Shown in pieces: positions 55,531 to 64,000 of a DNA stretch of 64,000 nucleotides. The position numbers were made by a program, and so were the translations under genes. The DNA lies in NCBI RefSeq assembly GCF_009914755.1, contig NC_060932.1, one strand, 5' to 3'. Every line of letters starts with the position of its first letter. Position 1 is the first letter of the stretch. The notes beneath the pieces were generated by a model, which saw nothing but the letters and a program-made list of their open reading frames with translations, was not told the DNA's origin and did no database searches. Source of the stretch: the human T2T-CHM13v2.0 reference genome, Homo sapiens.

Positions 55531-56218
55531 TATAATTAAGAGTTACATTTAAGAGCACATGACTAAGGAAGCAGTATTATATAAACTGCAGAGATGACCA
55601 GAAATGTGCCACAAGAGCCAAGACACCACAATACTTGTCATGGCTTGGGACTATATGGGTGTCCCACAATGGTCACAGAAAGGAAGGCATAGGGAAAGGC
55701 AGGAGCTGACTCCGGTCATCCACTAGGCAGGGTTGATCCTGTGTAAGGGGTCTAGCAATGCCTAACATGGTTCAGAAAAATGGTCTGTCTCAGGAGTCAG
55801 AGCTGCGGGACAGGGAATCTAGAAAGAAAATCATGGGAAGAGGCAGACAGAAAGTAAGCATGGGAGGCTGATATATGAGGGGCAAGGTCCCACCCACTGG
55901 GCGGGGCACAGGGGTAGGCCTCCACTAGCAGGGCGGAGTTAAGGATCTATGCAGTTTCACAGGTAAAAACTCAGAAATAGGGTGTCTGGGGAAGCTATCA
56001 AATGCCTTAATAATATTTATATTCTTGAATCTAATAATTTATTGACAAGGAATTTATTCTATTAATCATTTAATACAAAGATGTAACTAGCCATTAATAG
56101 AAATATTTTTATAGCAACAGTGCTCAGAATAATGAAAAATTATGAGTAACTTAAATGCCCAACAATAAAGAAACTCCATACAGCAAAATAACATGTAGCT
56201 ATTAAAAATGCTGTTGTG

Positions 56219-56560
<342 letters not shown>

Positions 56561-56756
56561 TACCACTAGTATTCATTCATTCAATCATCAAACACCTACC
56601 ATGTGTCCAGCTTTGGTTTATGTGTTGGAGACTTAACACCACACAAGCCTCTGCTTACACATGGCTTACATTTTAAAGGGGTGGGGCAGACCACCAATAA
56701 ATAAACCATATGTGATTATAGGTAGTCATAAGTGCTATTAAAAATTGGACAGGAGA

Positions 56757-57122
56757 GGCCGGGCACGGTGGCTCACGCCTGTAATCCCAGCACTTTGGGA
56801 GGCTGAGGCGGGTGGATCACGAGGTCAAGAGATCAAGACCATTCATTCAAGACCATTCAGGCCAACATGGTGAAACCCCTTCTCTACCAAAAATACAAAA
56901 ATTAGCTGGGCCTGGTGGTGCACGCCTGTAGTCCCAGTTACTTGGGAGGCTGAGGCAGGAGAATCGGTTGAACCTGGGAAATCATATCATTTCATCTGTA
57001 AATTTTTAAAAGTCATTCCATGTTAATTTTATATTGCAGTGAGCTGAGATCCCACCACTGCACTCCAGCCTGGCAACAGAGCAAAACTCTGTCTCAAAAA
57101 AAAAAAAACAAAAAAAAACAAA
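56757..57122 (+). mobile_element. Alu SINE carrying a templated non-Alu insertion, inserted into L2
   Basis: TSD AAATTGGACAGGAGA; non-Alu segment at about 56981-57034. Confidence 0.92.
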
Positions 57123-57704
57123 TTGGACAGGAGAGAGCAAGACTGGATGGGGGTAGAGGGTACACTATTATAGGCAGAATGGTCTGGAAAGGCCTCTCTC
57201 TGAGAAGCACGTATATGACCAGCCATGCATGTCAGCAAACTAGGAGGAGGTATGGCATTTGATGCCATACTTTACACTCCTGTTAAATAATAAACCATGC
57301 TATTTCATATAGTTTATAATTATCTATAATTATATAGAAGGATGCAGGTGGTGTATTATTGAGAAAATTTTTGAATAAATGCCACTCTTAACTCTGGTCA
57401 TTTGCAAGTAGATCACTTTGTACTTCACTGAAAAGACAAGAAAAGTATTACCAGGCCATTAGCTTGGATTTTACAAAGTGAGCATCAACATTTCTATGTC
57501 CAGGAAAGTTCTAGGATTCTGCACTAAGTGGACTTAGCCCTGAAGGTGCTGGCCCAGGGTGGAAATGCCTGACAGTGGCAGAGGAGCAGGCAGTGACATC
57601 TGTTTGCACTCAGCCAGTGCCAAGAGTTCCACCCCTTCCTCACACGTACCACGCCAGACCATACAACAAGGCCAAGTTTGTGCCAGCTGCTCTGCTAGAG
57701 ACCT

Positions 57705-58745
57705 CACAGTTCATTTTATTCAACCATGCAGCAGATATTTACTGAGCTGCTACCGTGTGTCAGGCTCTGGGGATAAAATAGGGAGCAGGACAAAAGCAAT
57801 CCCTGTGCACTGAGAGCTTGTAGCCTGGTGGGAGAAACAGACAATTAAACAGGCAATTACAACAAACCATAGCAGTGTTATGACAAGGTGCTGTGGGGGC
57901 ATAGGGCAGGGGTTCCTCCCTTGATTTGGAGGGGTCTTAAAAAGCTTCCCAGAGAAAGTGCTATTTGTTTGAGCTGGACTTAGAGGTTGAGTAGGCACCA
58001 GATGTGGCAATTAGGAAAGGATGGAGGAAATAGAGTTCCAAGCAGAAGAAGCATGGAAATGCCTGGAGGTGCAAACCTTGGATTACTTGAGGCCCTGAAA
58101 GGCTTAATATTCATGGAGAACTGTGAGAAAAGAAAATCCAGAGACATGTCTGTTCTGTTCGCCTGTTATTCACCTATCATTTTTTCAACAACAATTTTCA
58201 ACCATATACTGCAATAAAGAGAATAATATAATGACTCCATCATACCCATCACCCAGCTTCAATAATTATCACCTATGGTCAGTCTTGTTTTGTCTGTGCC
58301 TCTCCCATTGCACCAACTCCTCTTCTCCCACTCTGTGGGTTATTTTGAAGAAAATCCCAGACATCATATCATTTCACCTGTAAATTTTTAAAAGTCATAC
58401 CTTATTAATTTTATATGCAACTGCTGGTATAGTATATTCTCATGGAAAGCACTCAGTAAACAAATTCATTTGTTTGCTGAACCAATACACAATTGAGTAA
58501 AAGAGAAAAAAGCAGGCAGAAGCCACACGATGAAGGGCTTTGTCTGTCGTCTTGGAGTTTGGCCTCTATTCTGTGGGCCCCAGGGAGTCAGTGCAGGGTC
58601 TTGAGTCAGGGAATGACATACAGTGGCCATTCTACCTAAAGTGTTGGAAGGGAGAGTTTGAGGTGGAAGTTGCATCTGCAGAGAGGTTTTTAGGGGCTAT
58701 ATTACAAGTGTAGACCATCAAATTATAACTACATATGGGGGAGAA
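57705..58745 (-). mobile_element. L2 fragments with an embedded old L1M fragment (about 58190-58420)
   Basis: TTCATTTTATTCAAC...ATTTACTGAGC...GTGTCAGGCTCTG (L2); TTATTTTGAAGAAAATCCCAGACATCATATCATTTCA (L1M). Confidence 0.7.
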
Positions 58746-60015
58746 AGTAGAGGTGGAGGGGGATACAAAAGGCAGAAGAAAAAGCAGAAATAGAAAGAGG
58801 AAGAGGAAGAAAAGTGGATAGTAGAGAATGAAGGAAAACATAAGTCCAAGAAAGATGAAGGAAAGCGCTGAAGATGGGAGGCTGTGGAGAGGGCCTGGAG
58901 AAGAGGGTGAAGAACACAAGGAGACTGAAAGCTTTTCACCCTTGGTTCTTGTTGTGCCATGCCAGGCAAGTGTCTGCAGAGAGCAGAAATGCCATTTCCT
59001 GCCAGTTCTCTTTGCCTCAATGGGCAAAATGTCAGCAGCACTCAAGGGGAGAAGCCTGGTTTCAATATCTGATCCAAGGAGGAAGGGAGAGAGGAGGAAA
59101 GTGTGGTGACAGTGGTTCTCAGGGCCTTGCGTGTATCCAAGGAGTATCCAGCCAATGAAGGGGAGGTAAAATCTAGACAGGAAAAGAGCTGGCAGGAACC
59201 AGGCCAAGGGGAGAGAACCTCCAGCCAACTGGGAAGAGGTTGAGGGCCAGATCCTCCCCTAGAAGGAGCTGGAATAGGGACAAGCACCGAGGCTCTGGGC
59301 AGAAGACCTTTGTCCCTGGCACATCCGAGTGGTGTTTAATAGAATGCCAGCAGCTCAAGGCTCCCACAGACACTGGGGGTGGAGGAGGGGCAGCCACCCT
59401 GTCCCCAGGCACACACTACACTCCAGGTGTGGAAGCCACCTGTTGTTCCTGGCACCCCTGCAGGATTTTCAGCCTCGGGGTCTTGGCAAAGCAGATCTTG
59501 CAAGTGAACAGCCTTTAGAACTCAAAGCTTGACAGGCAGGGGATCAATATTTGAGATATTTCTATTTTCTAACCCAGCAAGGTTTAATAAGGTTTTATAA
59601 CCATTGTTTGTTTTAGAGTTAGACAAACATGGGGCTGCCTCTCCTCTCTAAGCCAGATAGTGCTATAAAGGATTTCCCTAAATACAGCTGCCTCTCACCC
59701 CACCGCTTCCTCTACGACCAAGGAGGTGCGAGCCCTAAGATGGTGGGAATAGTCATTGTCCCTGCTTGTTTATTGCATAGAGTGTGTCTCCCACAGCACC
59801 TCTGTGTGAATGGGGTAGGATTTGGTCTTGTCTTTTTTCGTTTTTTATTTGGACTAGCAAAAGGCTGCCACCTGGAAGTGTTTGCTTTGCAGACTTCACC
59901 TTCCCCTGGGTGGTGGCTAACCTTAGACTGCAGTAAGCAGACCCATTTGAGCGATTACTCTGATCTGTGTTCTCTAACCCAGCATTTAGCAGCAGCAAAG
60001 GTAGATTTTGGTTAG

Positions 60016-60395
<380 letters not shown>

Positions 60396-60639
60396 CAAAG
60401 GCTTGCTCTTTATGAGGCCCTCTGGAGACCCAAATGATGCTCTGTGGGGCCAGGCCTCTGTAGACAAGGCTCAGCCAATAACAATGGAAAATGTCTTGAT
60501 CTCTTTTGTTACTACCCCAGGGCCCATGGTGAGATCCACTGACAGTGTCTTTTGGTGTGTTTTTGACACCAATTGACAAGTTTCTCCCAAACTCTTTATG
60601 GAGACATTTGTATCAAGAGAAACTGGCCAGATGTGACAG

Positions 60640-60895
60640 GTTCCCTCCTGTAATCTTAATGCTTTGGGAGGCCGAGGTGGGATGATCGCTTGAGGCCATG
60701 AGTTCAAGACCATCCTCAGCAACATATCTCTACAAGAAAACAACAACAAAAACTAGCCAGGTGTGGTGGCACATACCTGAAGCCCTAGCTACTTTGGAAG
60801 TTGAGGCTTGAGCCCAGGAGTTCAAAGCTGCAGTGAGCTATGATCACACCACTGCACTCCAGCCTGGGCAACTTAGCAAGATCTTTACTCCTTAC
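60640..60895 (+). mobile_element. AluJ-like SINE, diverged
   Basis: GATCGCTTGAGGCCATGAGTTCAAG; GCAGTGAGCTATGATCACACCACTG. Confidence 0.88.
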
Positions 60896-61625
60896 AAGAG
60901 AGAGAGAAACTGATGGGAACAGTAAACAAAGGGGACTGTAAGCAAGGAGTTGGTGGAGGTCATTGATATTCCCTCAGTGCAAAACTGTACACATCTTACC
61001 TAAAAGAAAGTAGCCACCCTTAGCCTATCTTGCTCAAGAATATTGGTCACAATTGACTGTGCACTCTGTTCCTGCATGAAGGACCAGCTATGACATGGCA
61101 GCTTCTCGGGGCTTCAGGTTCCATTTGAAGATTTTCTTATTTCTCTCCCTGTCCCTCCAGAAGCTGCTGGATTAATCAGACACTAACCTCTGCTCTCTAG
61201 TATGAATGTCTGTGCTTAAAACTGGTGCTCCTAATAGTACAATACAGTAATAGCTCATCATCTATTATCAGAGAATATAAGAACATTTTCAAAAAAAAAA
61301 TCACAATTTAATTATTGATATGTATAGGTTGTAGCCATTTTGTAAAACAAAAAAGCACTACTCTGCTTTTATTAATAGGATGGGCTGGAACATAACTTAA
61401 ACTTCTGATAATGATAATTTAGGATTGCTGTTGGACGCTTCTGATAGCACATTCTGCCCATGGAAGAAACAATCTTTCTTCTCCTGAATTGCACCAGATT
61501 GCCTCCCAGGCAGCCAGCTTTGCCTCTGCTCCCATATCTTAAAGTTTAATAGCTTTACTTTTGTACCAGTCTCCCTTTAGTAGGCTGTCTACAACCCCAG
61601 ATATTCATAGAATGAGAATTTTTAG

Positions 61626-61754
61626 ATCTAGAAAAAAATTGGCACCTCCACAGTCTTTGATTGTCACCTAGGGCAGAACCGCAGGTTACCAAGGAAACCA
61701 AATAATCCCGTATTGTTTGTGATACTAAGTCAAAGTTGCTCTCTGTGCATCTGA
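61626..61754 (+). pseudogene. Terminal STRA6-like pseudo-exon: (D)LEKNWHLHSL*LSPRA.../NNPVLFVIL
   Basis: Acceptor TTTTTAG|. LSPRA (61661-61675) is followed by GAACCGCAGG (restorable to RNRW) and NNPVL (61701-61715), resembling STRA6L RFSARARTRW...INNPRL. AATAAA at 62009-62014. Confidence 0.72.
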
Positions 61755-62809
61755 AGGAACAAAGTACCAAGACTTTGTCACAGTTGCCACTGTTAAGGTC
61801 AGAGTCTTTTAAACGTAGTCACTGTTAGTCTGGAACTGTACCCAGGGAAGGGAATACTACAGTACCCAGATTTTATTCTATCGATAGCAATAGTAGGTGT
61901 CCTAGTGATTGGAACTAAGTTCCACCTCAGAGTCACGTGTCTCTTGAGTCAGTGTTGTATTCACCTGTGGATAACTGTGGGCAGTTAAGAGTGGTATAAA
62001 ATAGTCCAAATAAAAGGTGAGGGAATCTTGATGAGAATGGGAAAGAGTCCAAATCTGCTAGATGTTCCAAAGTCACAACTGGAAGTTTTGGTGACTGGTT
62101 TCTGGAACAGGAGGGGGTGAAGTAGAGGAGCCAGCTCTCTAACTTGGGTGGTGGCACAAGCCAAGATTTAGAGCACATGGGTAGGACACGTAGATGGCAG
62201 GTTTCTCTGTGCACATGTAGTCTAGCAGCCCAGAGGATACTCGGGGAAAATGTAGTCATCCTTGGCTTCACAAACATTCAGATGACAACTGTTCTGAGAG
62301 GTGCATATGGAATTGCCCTGACTATGAACATCATGTGGTGGAAAGAGGTGGGACATTGGTTCTTTTGGGTCAAGTTCTCCTACTAACTAGCTATGGAACC
62401 TTAAGCAAGTCGTAACTGTTCTTCGTAAGTCTCTAAAATGAGAATGAGAATATCTCTAAAATAAAATGAGAATATTTTCAAGGTCTGTTTCAAGTGTCAC
62501 ATTTAGAGCCAAATGTACTTTGATTCACTCTGTCACTTTTTCCAGGGAGGTATATTTGCTTATTTATTCAATTATATATTTGTGAATTGCCACAAGACAT
62601 CCATGCCAGTTAAGTCTCACAGCTTTGTCAGTTGAATTAAGTATAATTATTGTCTCTCTGTCAGGATATCACTTGCCTGTTATGGTTTGAACCTAGTGCA
62701 TTGTGTGATGGTTACTTTTTAAAATAGTTGCAGATCTTGGACTTTCATCATTGTCATAATTCATCTGCCAAAACATCCCCAGGCCTCACTTGCTGTCATG
62801 CAGCTTTTT

Positions 62810-64000
62810 GTTTTTAATTATGGTAAAAAAAAATCACACAACACAAAACTCACCATTTAAACCATTTTAAAGAGTACAGTTCAGTGGCCTTTAGTACACT
62901 CACAATGTACAACCATCACCACTATCTAGTTGGAGAAGAATATCATCTCAAACGGAAATGCTCTACCCATGAAGCAGTCACTCCCTTACCCCTTCTCCAG
63001 TCTATGACAACCACTAATCCACCTTCTGCCTCTATGGATTTGCCTATCCTGGACATTTCATACAATATGTGTCCCATTGTGTCTGGCTTGTTTCATTTAG
63101 CATAATGTTTTCAAAGTTCAGTATGCTGTGGTATGGTTCAGTACTTCATTCCTTTTGTGACTGACTAATATTCTATTGTATGGATATACTGCATTATATT
63201 TATCCATTCATCCATTGATGGACATTTGAGTTGTTTCCACCTTTTGGCTACTGTAAATATTTCTATGGTGAAAACATATATACAAGTTTTTTTTAAACAT
63301 GTGTTTTCAATTCTTTTGGTTACATACCTAGAAGTGGAATTGTTGGGTCTTATGGTAATTCAACATTTAACTTTTTGAGGAACTGCCTAACTATTTTCTA
63401 AAGCAGCTGAACCATTTTACATTCCCACCAACAATATATGAGGATTCCAATTTTCCTACATCCTCACCAACACTTGTAATTTCTGTTTTTTTTTAAATTT
63501 TTTATTATAGCAAGCCCGGATGGGACTATAGAAAGCATGCTCCAGTGGGTGTGAAGTGGCATCTCATTGAGGTTTGGATTTTCATTTTTCCAGTGACTAA
63601 GGATGATGGGTATCTTTTCATGTTCTTTGCTGACCATTTGTATTGTGTCTATACAGGTATTTTGCTTATTTTTTCCATTGGATTATTTGTCTTTTTTGTT
63701 GTTGAGTTGTAGGAGTTTTTTGTATATTCAGCATTCTAGATCCTTATCAGATATATGATTTACATATGTTTCTCCCATTTTGAGGGGCTGTTTTTTCACT
63801 TACTTGTTAGTATCCCTTGATATAGGAAAGTTTTTTATTTTGATGAAGTCCCACTTATTTATTTTTTCTTTTGTTACTTGTGTTTTTGATGTCCTAACTA
63901 AAAAATCATTGCCAAATCCAAGGTCCTGAAAACGTGCTACTATATTTTCTTCTGATAGTTTTATAGTTTTAGTTCTTGCATTTAGGCCTTTGATCTAGTT
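62810..64000 (-). mobile_element. L1MB-like LINE 3' region (runs off the window)
   Basis: Antisense L1 3'UTR/ORF2 motifs (CTATGGATTTGCCTATCCTGGACATTTCAT; AACTTTTTGAGGAACTGCC). Confidence 0.88.

Noticed and set aside
58632-59228. 198-aa Phe/Leu/Ser-rich ORF
   Set aside because: Antisense reading of a purine-rich low-complexity tract adjoining L2; no family match recognised.

Overview
Primate, most likely human, genomic DNA. The window contains the complete minus-strand ZNF706 gene: a CpG-island promoter at about 30.6-32.0 kb, coding exons 27325-27459 and 25720-25815 giving 76 aa, an intron in the 3'UTR and tandem polyA sites. The gene sits among dense repeats (HSMAR2, Tiggers, MERs, LTRs, L2/MIR, HAL1, L1M, about 20 Alus). 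A decayed MLF2 processed pseudogene lies on the minus strand at about 49.07-50.53 kb. The main find is a chain of plus-strand exon remnants between about 34 and 62 kb, head-to-head with ZNF706, many with GT/AG boundaries and with stops and frameshifts. Read in order they resemble successive segments of STRA6/STRA6L retinol-binding-protein receptors, suggesting a dead third STRA6-family paralog (unitary pseudogene). Also seen: four short locally templated duplications and a candidate ZNF706 5'UTR cassette exon ending in AUG-UAG. Protein alignments and repeat family names come from recalled sequences and need tblastn/HMM/RepeatMasker confirmation; repeat boundaries are approximate.
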